Shown here: positions 46,187-56,664 of the stretch, piece after piece
Numbering within the stretch: position 1 is the stretch's first letter
How the letters are laid out: every line of letters begins with the position of its first letter
Source: Bacteroidales bacterium
GTDB taxonomy: Bacteria; Bacteroidota; Bacteroidia; Bacteroidales; VadinHA17
Assembly (NCBI GenBank): GCA_029932855.1
Contig: JAOZPG010000001.1
Span: 83,404-147,403 of the forward strand
Reading direction: 5' to 3'
DNA: 64,000 bases
The notes under the pieces: model-generated
Database searches by the model: none
What the model was told of the DNA's origin: nothing
The model's input: the letters and a program-made list of their open reading frames with translations, nothing else
Position numbers and translations under genes: made by a program

Positions 46187-47449
46187 TTAAAGTTGTGAAA
46201 CAGAAAGTTTCTGAAAATCATCTCCTGTAGGATTCTGGAAAACACGAAGATCAAATTCAGGAAGTATGGACAGTATATGGTCAAAAATATCGGCTTGAAT
46301 TGCTTCATATTTTGCCCATTCCTGCTCATTGCTAAATACGTATATCTCTATTGGCAGTCCTAGTTCTGTTGGTTGAAGATGCCTGACCAGGAAGGTCATC
46401 TCCTGGTGGATCTTCGGATGTTTTTTCAGGTAGTTTTCCAGGTAAACCCTGAAAGTTCCAAGGTTTGTCATGCGGCGGCCGTTTGTAACCACCGAATCAT
46501 CAAGTTCCAGGGATTTATTATATTTCTCTATTTCTTTTTCCTTGGAATATATATAATCACTCAGCAGGTAATAGTTTCTGAATTTCTCAATTTGTTCCTT
46601 GTTAAGAAATGAAACAGATTTCATATCAATATTGATGGAACGCTTAATGCGCCGGCCACCCGAATCTTCCATTCCTTTCCAATTATTGAAAGATTCTGTA
46701 ACCAGGGCATAAGTAGGAATACTTGCAATTGTTTTATCCCAGTTCTGTACCTTTACAGATATCAGGCTAATATCTGTTACGGTTCCGTCTGCATTGTATT
46801 TGGGCATGGATATCCAGTCGCCCAGATTTACCATTTTATTGGCAGACAATTGTATGCTGGCAACAAATCCCAGTATAGTATCCTTAAAGATCAGCATTAA
46901 TACAGCCGCCATAGCACCCAGGCTGGTCATCAGGGCTTTGGGAGTTTTCCCGCTGAATATTGAAATAATAAGAACAATGGCAGTGAAATAGAAAACAATT
47001 TTAACTATCTGTACAAATCCTTTAATATTCCTTCCTTCAGAAACAGGAAATTTCATATATATCTCATGGAGGGCATTTAATAACGCATCAATTACCAGAA
47101 GTACCAGCAGGGTCATATAGACCTGAACAATATTTTCAAGAAAAGTTACCAGTCCGGGTGCATCAAAAATAAATTTCAGTGCATAATATGTTAAAATCGC
47201 AGGAGCGAGATGAGCCAGCCGGTTAAATACTTTGCGTTCAAGAAAAATATCATCCCAGTCATTTTTTGAGCCTTTTACAATACGGGTGATAGAAGAAATA
47301 ATAATTTGTTTGACAATTATATCAGACAGTACGGCAAGTACGGCAATCAGTATTATAATACTTATGTTTTCTATGAAAACAATAAAGTTCTCAGATATCC
47401 CGGTAGTACTCAACAGGTCGTGGTACCATATAATCCATTTTTCAATCAT
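46187..47449 (-). CDS. mechanosensitive ion channel family protein (MscS-like)
   Basis: 420 aa with N-terminal TM helices. Pore helix and beta domain FKDTILGFVASIQLSANKMVNLGDWISM...GTVTDISLISVKVQNWDKTIASIPTYALV. Confidence 0.88.
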   Translation of the reverse strand: MIEKWIIWYHDLLSTTGISENFIVFIENISIIILIAVLAVLSDIIVKQIIISSITRIVKGSKNDWDDIFLERKVFNRLAHLAPAILTYYALKFIFDAPGLVTFLENIVQVYMTLLVLLVIDALLNALHEIYMKFPVSEGRNIKGFVQIVKIVFYFTAIVLIISIFSGKTPKALMTSLGAMAAVLMLIFKDTILGFVASIQLSANKMVNLGDWISMPKYNADGTVTDISLISVKVQNWDKTIASIPTYALVTESFNNWKGMEDSGGRRIKRSINIDMKSVSFLNKEQIEKFRNYYLLSDYIYSKEKEIEKYNKSLELDDSVVTNGRRMTNLGTFRVYLENYLKKHPKIHQEMTFLVRHLQPTELGLPIEIYVFSNEQEWAKYEAIQADIFDHILSILPEFDLRVFQNPTGDDFQKLSVSQL

Positions 47450-47519
47450 TCGAATTAGCTATTAGGAAACGCGTGCATAATAAAATATGGCTGTGTCAGG
47501 TATTTATATTAGTCGTGGA

Positions 47520-49151
47520 CTATTTATATTTAAACCTTTTTATACTTTTCTTAGGGGTTTTTTCAAATTCTTCATTATATATTTCACAACCGGCAATAGT
47601 TACATGAGATGGAAGTTTTTTATTCAGTTTGATCCTGTATTCCTCAAATTTCTTTTTAAGGTCTTCATCCTTAATTCCCTTGCTTTTCATTTTATCCCTG
47701 TCCGGAACCATAAGGGCTATAAGTTTCCCTTCTCTTTCAACAATAATCGATTCCAGGACAAGAAACTTTGTATTTATAAATGATTCAATTTCTTCGGGAT
47801 AGATATTTTTCCCTGAAGGTCCCAGGATCATGCTCTTGTTTCGTCCTTTAATGTAAATGTTTCCTTCCTTATCAATTATGCCCAGGTCTCCGGTCCTCAG
47901 CCATCCGTCTTTACTTAAAACCAACCCGGTAGCTTCAGGATTTTTATAATATCCCTGCATTACATTATCTCCTCTTACCATTATTTCACCTGTTACTAAA
48001 ACAGGGTCTTCCGAGTCAATTTTTACTTCAAGGGTATCAACTGCTTTACCACACGATTCCGGTTCATGTTCCCTCCATGATGAATAGCTGATAAGCGGGG
48101 CACATTCGGTCATACCATAGCCAATTGTAAACGGGAATTTCATATTTGTAAAAAATGTTTCAGCATCACGATTAAAAGCAGCTCCTCCAAGTACTACTTC
48201 TCTGAATTGTCCTCCAAATACAGCGGATATTTTCTTGTTTATGCTTTTATATAAGAGGTTTTTTAGTCCCGGAACAGATAATAAAACCCTCATCACTGGT
48301 TTTTTAATTACCGGGACCAGTTTGTTTTTGTATATTTTTTCCATTATTAACGGAACCAGGAGTATTAACCTGGGCTTTATGTCACTATATGCTTTTGTTA
48401 GAACTGGCAGGGAAGGAATACGGGTAAGCAGGGTAATATGACAACCAAGAGAGAAAGGAAAGAGGAAGTCAAATACCATCCCAAATACATGGGCAATGGT
48501 AAGTAATGAAAGAATGGGATCACCAGAGTTAAGAGGCATATTGTTACGGGCATACCTGATATTTGCCGCCAGACTGTTATGTGTTAACATTACCCCTTTT
48601 GAAAAACCGGTTGTACCAGAAGTATAACTAATTACTGCCAGCTCGTTTTTATCAGGGATATCAAATTTAATATCTTCAGCCTTCAGCCCTTCAGGGTGCT
48701 TTTCCCTGAAAATGTCATTCATGTTATTATTTCCCTTAGCTGAAAGCAATTCAAAGTCATCAACAGAAAACACTGAGTACAGTTTTTTCATTTTTTTGAT
48801 ATCCAGATTTTTCCATATACTATTTGCTGAAAAAAGGAGTTTTGAATCGGAATGATCTACAATATGGTGTATATCACCGGGTTTAAAATCGGATAAGATA
48901 GGCACTACCACTGCACCATATGTAAAAGTGGCAAGGTAAATTACAGCCCAGTTAGCTGCATTATTTGATATAAGTGATATTTTATCTCCCTTTTTGATAC
49001 CGGTTTCAGAAAACAGGTAATGCAATTTGGTAATTAACTCTCCCACCTCTGAATATTTGTAACTAATACCTTCATAATCAGAAAGAGCAGGAATATCCCA
49101 GTTTTTCTTTATACTGGATTGAATGTATTCAACAAAATCTTCTTTTATCAT
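47520..49151 (-). CDS. AMP-dependent synthetase/ligase (long-chain fatty acid--CoA ligase-like)
   Basis: 543 aa. AMP-binding motif YTSGTTGFSKGVMLTH, plus GYGMTE and WLRTGDLG blocks. Confidence 0.9.
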   Translation of the reverse strand: MIKEDFVEYIQSSIKKNWDIPALSDYEGISYKYSEVGELITKLHYLFSETGIKKGDKISLISNNAANWAVIYLATFTYGAVVVPILSDFKPGDIHHIVDHSDSKLLFSANSIWKNLDIKKMKKLYSVFSVDDFELLSAKGNNNMNDIFREKHPEGLKAEDIKFDIPDKNELAVISYTSGTTGFSKGVMLTHNSLAANIRYARNNMPLNSGDPILSLLTIAHVFGMVFDFLFPFSLGCHITLLTRIPSLPVLTKAYSDIKPRLILLVPLIMEKIYKNKLVPVIKKPVMRVLLSVPGLKNLLYKSINKKISAVFGGQFREVVLGGAAFNRDAETFFTNMKFPFTIGYGMTECAPLISYSSWREHEPESCGKAVDTLEVKIDSEDPVLVTGEIMVRGDNVMQGYYKNPEATGLVLSKDGWLRTGDLGIIDKEGNIYIKGRNKSMILGPSGKNIYPEEIESFINTKFLVLESIIVEREGKLIALMVPDRDKMKSKGIKDEDLKKKFEEYRIKLNKKLPSHVTIAGCEIYNEEFEKTPKKSIKRFKYK

Positions 49152-49163
49152 GAGAAAATGATT

Positions 49164-49559
49164 TTAGTTAAAAATCAGAAAATTGATTACAAATCGTAAT
49201 AAGACAATTATAATAATAAAATGTAATAAAGTAAGGATGTAATTATAAGCAGTCCGCCCTTTGTGTATTTTTCTTCTCAACAACATTGTTGTTGTTGGCA
49301 GTAGTCCGCCAATGATAGCCAGCGTATAATTTATTACAGTAAAATATTCTTGCAGGTTTTTGTCTGTAAACATAAGCATGTAAATAAAAGCAAGATATGA
49401 TGCAAGATATGCCAAATAACTGTATTTAAGGGCAGATGTTGAAGATTTACGTTTCCTATGGGTGCGGGTAGGATTCAGTAAAATTACAGCAACAATAAAA
49501 ACAATACTTAAACTTCCAATACTGATTAGCCTGACTAGAAACTGAAAAAAATCATTCAT
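49164..49559 (-). CDS. hypothetical four-TM membrane protein
   Basis: 131 aa with four hydrophobic segments. It lies 12 nt upstream of the acyl-CoA ligase gene on the same strand. I recognise no family motif. Confidence 0.55.
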   Translation of the reverse strand: MNDFFQFLVRLISIGSLSIVFIVAVILLNPTRTHRKRKSSTSALKYSYLAYLASYLAFIYMLMFTDKNLQEYFTVINYTLAIIGGLLPTTTMLLRRKIHKGRTAYNYILTLLHFIIIIVLLRFVINFLIFN

Positions 49560-49887
49560 CAGTTTAAAATTTTACAATTATTTGTATTTCCTGTGCAGAC
49601 ACATAGTTCTGTGCAAGCTTAAATATTGTCTGACAGGATATCACAAACAGCTACTTTGTTCATATTTCCGGAAGAATTACTTAAAAACAGTAATAAGAAA
49701 ATTAAAACCGGCAGTAAACTGTTAATACTCATACAATAAATATAGTGAACTTTACGGTTTTTTTTATTTATACCTGATTTTTCCACCTATGATTTACCAT
49801 TTATGCTTTGTGGATTGATAAATATTTATAAACTTTGAAAACTGTTTACACTTAAAATGTTTCCTGGTTTTTAAATTAGTAATTAAT

Positions 49888-50502
49888 ATGGAAATAAATA
49901 ACAATATCCTGCTTAATAAAGTAAAAGAGCTTTATAACAAATATGGAATCAGAAGTGTTAGTATGGATGATGTGGCACATGAGCTTGGGATATCTAAGAA
50001 AACACTTTATCAGTATGTCAGGGATAAAAATGAACTTGTGGAAAAAGTTGTATTGTATGAGATAGATACAAAAAGAGATTTCACAGACGAGAAATATTCA
50101 AGGAATGCCATAGAAGATCTGTTCCATTTGAATGTAATGATAATTGAAACAATAAAGAACACAAACCCTTCCAAGATGTATGATCTGCAGAAATATCATC
50201 CGCAGATATATGAAAAAGTAAGTGAACTAAGAAAGAAACGAATATTAGACTCGATGAAACAAAACTTCAGGAAGGGGATGAAAGAAGGATTATACCGTTC
50301 AGACCTGGATGAAGACGTTCTTTCAAAGATGTATGTATTAAGAATGGGCCACTTAAGTCATGAGAATGATATTGATATGTATGAATTTACATCATCAGCA
50401 TTTATTAACGAAGTATTTAAATATCATATCAGGGGAATTGCCAGTAAAAAGGGGATAGAGTTTTTAGAAAATAATATGGACGAACTGTTTAGTGTAAAAT
50501 AA
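49888..50502 (+). CDS. TetR/AcrR family transcriptional regulator (efflux operon regulator)
   Basis: 204 aa. HTH YGIRSVSMDDVAHELGISKKTLYQYVRDKNELV. It lies immediately upstream of the tolC-MFP-RND genes. Confidence 0.85.
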   Translation: MEINNNILLNKVKELYNKYGIRSVSMDDVAHELGISKKTLYQYVRDKNELVEKVVLYEIDTKRDFTDEKYSRNAIEDLFHLNVMIIETIKNTNPSKMYDLQKYHPQIYEKVSELRKKRILDSMKQNFRKGMKEGLYRSDLDEDVLSKMYVLRMGHLSHENDIDMYEFTSSAFINEVFKYHIRGIASKKGIEFLENNMDELFSVK

Positions 50503-50507
50503 TTAAT

Positions 50508-50529
50508 AAAACCGGGATCTCCCGGTTTT
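50508..50529 (+). terminator. hairpin plus short T-run between tetR and tolC (terminator/attenuator candidate)
   Basis: AAAACCGGG-atct-CCCGGTTTT, with a 5 G-C pair core extended by A-T pairs. It starts 6 nt after the TetR stop and ends 26 nt before the tolC ATG. Confidence 0.45.
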
Positions 50530-50554
50530 ATCATGATAAGTTAAAATAAATATT

Positions 50555-51907
50555 ATGAATTTGAAAAATATTATAAAATACAGTTTTTTAGTTTTCTTTT
50601 TTACATACTTGTCTGCAGGTGCTCAGGAGGACGACGGCATTATGACATTTACATTGTCAGGAGCACAGGAATTTGCTCTTGAAAACAATCTTAATATTAT
50701 AAATGCCAGACTGGATGTTGATTATGCAAAAAAGAAAGTTTGGGAAACTACTGCAGAGGGTCTTCCCCAGGTAAACAGCAGCATAAATTATAATAATAAT
50801 CTAAGCCTTGCCACTTCATTGCTTCCTGGAGAGATTTTTGGAAGGCCAGGAGAAATGATGGAAGTACAGTTTGGTACCCAGCATAATGCTACGGTTTCCA
50901 TTGGGGCCAGTCAGCTTGTATTCAGCGGACCTTATCTTGTTGGTCTTCAGGCATCCCATATATTCAAAAGAACAACAGAACAACAGCTTGTTAAAACAGA
51001 GATAGAAATAAAAGAACTTATTGCTCAAAACTATTACCTGGTACTGCTTGCAGAAGAGAGCAGGGATATTTTAGACAGTAATGTAATAAACCTCAGGGAA
51101 ACAATTAAGGACACACAAATAATGTATGAAAGCGGTTTTGTCGATGAAACAGAAGTTGACCAGCTGAAAGTAACGCTTATAACTCTTGAGAATTCTTTAA
51201 GATCTGCTAAAACACAAATAGAGGTTTCCTATAAACTATTAAAATACCAGCTGGGCATAGATTTGGCTACTAAAATCGTGTTATCAGAAAATATGGAAGG
51301 TATTATTGATAAGATTAATAAGGAACAAACACTTGTTGATCCATTCCAGGTAATAAATCATATAGACTACCAGTTACTTGAGACCCAGGAAGAACTGGCA
51401 AAAATGCAGGTTAAGCTTGTAAAATCAGAATTCCTTCCCAGCCTGAACGCTGTCTATAATAACAACACTTCTGCAATGAGGAATGATTTTAATTTTTTTA
51501 ATAGCAATGAGAAATGGTATTACAGTTCTATGCTGGGTTTTAGTTTTAATATACCCATTTTTTCAAGCGGGAACCGAAAAGCCAGGCTGAGTGAAAAGAA
51601 GATTGAATATATAAAAGCCGGAAATGCAAAAAGGCTCGTACAGGATGGATTGATACTGGAAAATCAACAGGCCAGGTCTGATTTTATTACTGCCTGGGAA
51701 AAATATCTTGCAGAACAGGAAAATGTAAAAATATCAAACAAGATACTTAAAAAGACAAGAATAAAAGTCAGTAACGGACTGGCTTCCAGTCTCGATTTTA
51801 CACAGATAAATAATCAGTATTTGCAAACAGAATCTAATCTTATCAAGTCAATGATTGAGTTACTAAATGCCAAAATAAGACTGGATAAGGCAATGAACAG
51901 ATTATAA
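50555..51907 (+). CDS. TolC family outer membrane efflux protein
   Basis: 450 aa with a signal peptide. Two-repeat OEP architecture, starting LSGAQEFALENNLNIINARLDVDYAKKKV. Confidence 0.88.
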   Translation: MNLKNIIKYSFLVFFFTYLSAGAQEDDGIMTFTLSGAQEFALENNLNIINARLDVDYAKKKVWETTAEGLPQVNSSINYNNNLSLATSLLPGEIFGRPGEMMEVQFGTQHNATVSIGASQLVFSGPYLVGLQASHIFKRTTEQQLVKTEIEIKELIAQNYYLVLLAEESRDILDSNVINLRETIKDTQIMYESGFVDETEVDQLKVTLITLENSLRSAKTQIEVSYKLLKYQLGIDLATKIVLSENMEGIIDKINKEQTLVDPFQVINHIDYQLLETQEELAKMQVKLVKSEFLPSLNAVYNNNTSAMRNDFNFFNSNEKWYYSSMLGFSFNIPIFSSGNRKARLSEKKIEYIKAGNAKRLVQDGLILENQQARSDFITAWEKYLAEQENVKISNKILKKTRIKVSNGLASSLDFTQINNQYLQTESNLIKSMIELLNAKIRLDKAMNRL

Positions 51908-51942
51908 ACCATTGATAATAAAACGATATAAAAAATAAAGCA

Positions 51943-53013
51943 ATGAAAAAAACAGTAATATTCTTATTTGCAATTCTTCTGGCAGCTTGTGGACACAGGC
52001 CCGGAGGTGAAGACCCCCGGGAAGATAAAACTTCAACTAGTGAGACAGTTTCTCCAGAAAAGAACGGAATAGCTGTAAAACTTGAAACACTGAAACCACA
52101 AAAATTTCAGCATTTCATTGAAATAAACGGATCTGTGAAAGCAGAAAAAGAGGTAATTGTAAGTGCGGAAGCCAGTGGAACGATAAATGAAATTCGTGTT
52201 ACAGAAGGCGAAAGAGTAAAAAAGGGCGAGCTTCTGGTCGTACTGAATTCAAGTGTTATCAGCAGTAATATTAATGAATTGAAAAACAGCCTGGAGCTTG
52301 CAACAGATAATTATGAAAAGCAGGCTGCTTTATGGGAACAAAATATTGGCACAGAGATGCAATACCTGCAGGCAAAGAATAATAAAGAAAACCTGGAAAT
52401 AAAATTACAGACCCTGAATGCCCAGATGGAAATGACAAAAGTAAAAGCTCCTTTCGATGGTATAATTGATGAAATATTTTCAAAAGAAGGAGAACTGGCC
52501 AGTCCCGGGGTACGCATTTTGCATCTTGTTAACCTTACAGAGCTTAAGGTGTATGGTTCGGTATCCGAATCATTACTTCCAAGCATAACAAAAGGCGACA
52601 TGGTAAACCTTAGCTTTCCGGTTTATCCCGATTATACCCAAAAAGCCTCAATACACAGAAAAAGCGAAGTTATCAATGAAAAAAGCAGAACATTTAAAAT
52701 TGAGATAAAACTGCATAATGGTGACAGGAAGATAAAGCCTAATATGATATCCAAAATAAGACTGAATGATTTTTATGCCGATAACGCCATTGTTGTTCCT
52801 TCACATATTATTAAGCACGATTTTAATGGTTCTTTTCTTTATGTGGCAATAGATAATGGAGATCAGCTGATAGCTAAAAAGACATATGTTAAACCGGGGA
52901 TTACATATGAAAGTAAAACCATGATACTGGAAGGTCTTAATGCTAACGAAAAAGTAATAGTAGTAGGATATAATATGGTTTCATCCGGAGCACATATTTA
53001 TATTGCCTCATAA
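51943..53013 (+). CDS. efflux RND transporter periplasmic adaptor subunit (MFP), lipoprotein
   Basis: 356 aa with a lipobox LLAACG. It has lipoyl, hairpin and beta-barrel blocks, for example GTINEIRVTEGERVKKGELLVVL and VKAPFDGIIDEI. Confidence 0.9.
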   Translation: MKKTVIFLFAILLAACGHRPGGEDPREDKTSTSETVSPEKNGIAVKLETLKPQKFQHFIEINGSVKAEKEVIVSAEASGTINEIRVTEGERVKKGELLVVLNSSVISSNINELKNSLELATDNYEKQAALWEQNIGTEMQYLQAKNNKENLEIKLQTLNAQMEMTKVKAPFDGIIDEIFSKEGELASPGVRILHLVNLTELKVYGSVSESLLPSITKGDMVNLSFPVYPDYTQKASIHRKSEVINEKSRTFKIEIKLHNGDRKIKPNMISKIRLNDFYADNAIVVPSHIIKHDFNGSFLYVAIDNGDQLIAKKTYVKPGITYESKTMILEGLNANEKVIVVGYNMVSSGAHIYIAS

Positions 53014-53024
53014 ATAAAAAATTT

Positions 53025-56000
53025 ATGGATAATAATAACAACATAGAGAAGGGGGAAAGGGAGTTTAAGATAACCAGCCTTGCATTGAAGAATGGTAATA
53101 CTGTTTTTATCATTACTCTTTCCATTATTCTATTCGGATTGATTTCATTCCGTAACCTGCCCAAAGAGTTATTTCCAGAGGTAGCTTTGCCTACAGTAAT
53201 GGTACAGACGGTTTATCCTGGTAATGCCCCGGCAGATATAGAAAACTTAATTACAAGACCCCTGGAGAATGAGATAGAGTCAGTAAAGGGTTTAAAAAGT
53301 CTTAGTTCTAATTCATTGCAGGACATTTCTTTTATTACGGCTGAATTTAATTTTGATGTTGATCTGGAAAAGGCAATTGATGATGTTAAAGACGCTGTGG
53401 ATAAAGCAAAGAATGAACTTCCAAATGATCTTTTAACGGATCCCAGGGTATTTGATATTGACCTGTCTGAAAGGCCAATCATTTATATAAACCTGTCCGG
53501 TGATTTTTCTAATCAGGAACTCAGGGATTATGCAGAACTGCTTCAGGACAGGGTTGAGACGATACCGGAAATATCGAGAGTTGATATTAAAGGATTAAAC
53601 GAGAAAGAGGTGAAAATAATGGTTGATCTTATTAAAATGCAGGCTTATAACCTGACATTTTTTGATATAGAAACAGCCGTCACATCCGAGAATTTATCTA
53701 TTTCAGGAGGAGAAATATTACAAGGGAATTTCCAGAGATCAATAAGGATATTTGGAGAGTTTACAGATATAGAAGATATACAAAATGTTATTGTTAAACG
53801 TGATGAAGGAGAAATAATTTATTTAAAAGATGTTGCCGATGTACAACTGGGCTTTGAAGATCCTACAAATTTTGCCCGTCTCGACAAAAAGCCTGTAGTT
53901 TCCCTGCAGGTAATAAAGAAAAGCGGTGAAAACCTTCTTAATGCTACCGATCAGATATTTGAGATAATGGAAGAAGTAAAAGACAGTAAGCTGCTTCCTG
54001 AAATTCTTAATATTGATTATACAAATGACCAGTCTGATATGGTTAGAAAACAGCTTAGCAGCCTCGTGAATAATATGATCATGGGGATAATCTTTGTTGT
54101 TTTTATATTATTCTTTTTCCTGGGATCAAGGAATGCATTAATTGTGGGTCTTGCCATACCCATGTCTATGTTTACAAGCTTCATTGTATTAAGCCTGATT
54201 GGTTATACCATAAATATGATAATTTTATTTGCATTGATACTTGCACTGGGGATGCTTGTTGATAATGCAATAGTTGTGGTAGAGAATGTTTACAGGTTTA
54301 TTTCAGAGGGTATTCCTCCAATGGAAGCAGCCAGAAAGGCTGTTGGTGAAATAGCAGGACCAATTATTGCTTCAACAATAACCACGTTAGCAGCATTTAC
54401 CCCACTGGCTTTTTGGGAAAGCATGGCGGGAGAATTTATGAAAGCACTTCCGATTACATTAATAATTGTGCTTAGTTCCAGTTTGTTTGTTGCTCTTGTA
54501 ATTGTTCCGGTGTTTTCTGCAAAATTTATTGATCTGGAGAACAATGTCAAAAAACCTGGTCACAGGAAAAGTCTTATTGCTGCATCTGTATTGCTTGTTA
54601 TAGGCCTTATTGCTTTCCTGGCTAAAGTAATGATACTGGCGAATTTTTCATGGGCCATAGCGGTGATTCTTATATTAGATACTTTGATTTTTAATAAAAT
54701 AGCTTACTGGTTTCAGAATAGATTCCTGTCCTGGCTGGAAAAAATATATCTGCACCTACTTAGTTTTTCATTAAAAGGGAAAAACCCCTGGTTTGCCTTC
54801 ATGGGAACAATAGTATTACTTATCTTGACCGTGATTTTCTTTTTTGCCCGAAACCCACAGATCGGGTTTTTCCCCGATGGTGATCCCAGTTATATAAGTA
54901 TTGTTGCCGAACATCCCATTGGGACAAGTATTTATTCTAATGATACATTCTCGATAAGGCTTGAGAATGATCTTTTTGAATTCCTTGAACCAGATAAAGA
55001 TGTTATTAAATCTATCTTAACGACAGTTGGTAAAGGTTCACCGGATAAGTTTAATATAGGTGACGAGGCTCATAAATCAATAACTACAATTGATTTTGTT
55101 GATTATCAATATAGAAACGGAAAGAATACTTCAGATATACTTGCCAGGATTTCCGGGGAGTTTATTGGGAAATATCCGGGAGTATTGATCACTATTGATA
55201 AAGCCAGTATGGGTCCCCCTGCAGGAAAAGCAATAAATATTGAAGTTAGTGGAGAAGACTTCAGGAAACTGATAGAAGTATCTGATTCGCTGAAAACATA
55301 TATTGAAAATGCACATATCCCGGGTATTGAGGGATTAAAAACCGACCTGGATGTGGGCAAACCCGAACTGGTGATTAATATTGACAGGGAAAAAGCCAGG
55401 CGTTTTGGTCTAAGTACCAGCCAGGTGGCCATGAATATCAGAACGGCTTTGTTTGGTAAGGAAATCTCGGATTTCAAGGTGGGAGAGGAAGAATATCCAA
55501 TTGTGATAAGACTGAAAGATGATTACAGGTATAGCGTATCTTCATTAATGAACCAGGATATACAATTTCATGAAAATGGAGAAGATATAAAAGTACCCCT
55601 GTCTTCTGTAGCCGATATCAGGTATAGCTCGACTTATGGAGCCGTTAACAGGAGAGATCAGAAAAGGCTTATTACAATTTATTCAAATGTATCAGAAGGA
55701 TTTAATGCTACAAAGGTAAATCATCAAATTGCAGCACATCTGGCCGGTTTTAAGATAGCTGAAGGATATAGTTTTGAATTTACCGGTGAACAGCAGGAAC
55801 AACAAGAGTCAATGGCTTTTCTTGCACGTGCAATGTTAATAGCTGTTGCCCTTATTATTATGATATTGGTTACTCAGTTTAATTCAATAATTAAACCCCT
55901 GATCATTATAATGACCGTATTGTTCAGCACAATAGGTGTATTCGGAGGAATAGCAACATTTAAGATAGACTTTATTGTTATTATGATGGGTATAGGCATA

Positions 56001-56429
56001 GTATCTCTGGCAGGGATAGTTGTTAATAATGGTATCGTGCTGGTTGATTATATTGAATTACTGAAGAAAAGGAAAAGAGAAGAACTTGGACTTGCTGAGG
56101 GTGCATTTCTTCCTGTTGACGAAGCAACATTATGTGTAATTCAGGCCGGAAAAACACGATTGCGCCCGGTATTATTAACTGCTATAACAACTGTGCTGGG
56201 ACTTATTTCTCTGGCAATAGGTTTGAATTTTGATTTTGAGACAGCATTAAGAAGTTATAATCCCCAGTTCTTTATTGGCGGAGATATGGTTTCTTTCTGG
56301 GGACCAATATCCTGGACAGTTATTTTCGGACTTACATTTGCAACTTTTCTTACTCTTATTATAGTCCCTGTAATGTACAGGCTGACCATAATTATTCAAA
56401 AGAAAATAATAAGTATTTTTAACAGATAA
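53025..56429 (+). CDS. efflux RND transporter permease subunit (AcrB/HAE family)
   Basis: 1134 aa. It has 12 TM helices in a two-fold repeat with large periplasmic loops. Blocks ALGMLVDNAIVVVEN and GIVVNNGIVLVDY. Confidence 0.93.
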   Translation: MDNNNNIEKGEREFKITSLALKNGNTVFIITLSIILFGLISFRNLPKELFPEVALPTVMVQTVYPGNAPADIENLITRPLENEIESVKGLKSLSSNSLQDISFITAEFNFDVDLEKAIDDVKDAVDKAKNELPNDLLTDPRVFDIDLSERPIIYINLSGDFSNQELRDYAELLQDRVETIPEISRVDIKGLNEKEVKIMVDLIKMQAYNLTFFDIETAVTSENLSISGGEILQGNFQRSIRIFGEFTDIEDIQNVIVKRDEGEIIYLKDVADVQLGFEDPTNFARLDKKPVVSLQVIKKSGENLLNATDQIFEIMEEVKDSKLLPEILNIDYTNDQSDMVRKQLSSLVNNMIMGIIFVVFILFFFLGSRNALIVGLAIPMSMFTSFIVLSLIGYTINMIILFALILALGMLVDNAIVVVENVYRFISEGIPPMEAARKAVGEIAGPIIASTITTLAAFTPLAFWESMAGEFMKALPITLIIVLSSSLFVALVIVPVFSAKFIDLENNVKKPGHRKSLIAASVLLVIGLIAFLAKVMILANFSWAIAVILILDTLIFNKIAYWFQNRFLSWLEKIYLHLLSFSLKGKNPWFAFMGTIVLLILTVIFFFARNPQIGFFPDGDPSYISIVAEHPIGTSIYSNDTFSIRLENDLFEFLEPDKDVIKSILTTVGKGSPDKFNIGDEAHKSITTIDFVDYQYRNGKNTSDILARISGEFIGKYPGVLITIDKASMGPPAGKAINIEVSGEDFRKLIEVSDSLKTYIENAHIPGIEGLKTDLDVGKPELVINIDREKARRFGLSTSQVAMNIRTALFGKEISDFKVGEEEYPIVIRLKDDYRYSVSSLMNQDIQFHENGEDIKVPLSSVADIRYSSTYGAVNRRDQKRLITIYSNVSEGFNATKVNHQIAAHLAGFKIAEGYSFEFTGEQQEQQESMAFLARAMLIAVALIIMILVTQFNSIIKPLIIIMTVLFSTIGVFGGIATFKIDFIVIMMGIGIVSLAGIVVNNGIVLVDYIELLKKRKREELGLAEGAFLPVDEATLCVIQAGKTRLRPVLLTAITTVLGLISLAIGLNFDFETALRSYNPQFFIGGDMVSFWGPISWTVIFGLTFATFLTLIIVPVMYRLTIIIQKKIISIFNR

Positions 56430-56450
56430 TATTTATATCCTCTTTCATTA

Positions 56451-56478
56451 AAACCCGGCTACATAGTCGGGTTTTTTT
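56451..56478 (+). terminator. Rho-independent terminator after the RND permease gene
   Basis: AACCCGGCT-acat-AGTCGGGTT forms a 9-bp stem including one G-T pair, followed by T7. It starts 22 nt after the stop codon. Confidence 0.75.
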
Positions 56479-56664
56479 ATAAATTATTATTGGATGCAAC
56501 CAAATACATTTTAATTATGTTTGTATAATATAGAATATAAGGGAATGGAATATTTTAAATCTAATGATGGATACTGTGATTATTGAATTATTTAAAGTTC
56601 AATTTATCAGCATGGAAGATTGCTTAAAAAATGTTATTTTTAAAAAGCTGCAATTAAATAAATA

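Noticed and set aside
49801-49830. TGTGGATTGATAA upstream of the efflux TetR gene as a DnaA box.
   Set aside because: It is a single imperfect match (TGTGGAT then TG instead of AA). There is no clustering and no AT-rich unwinding element context beyond the general AT richness.
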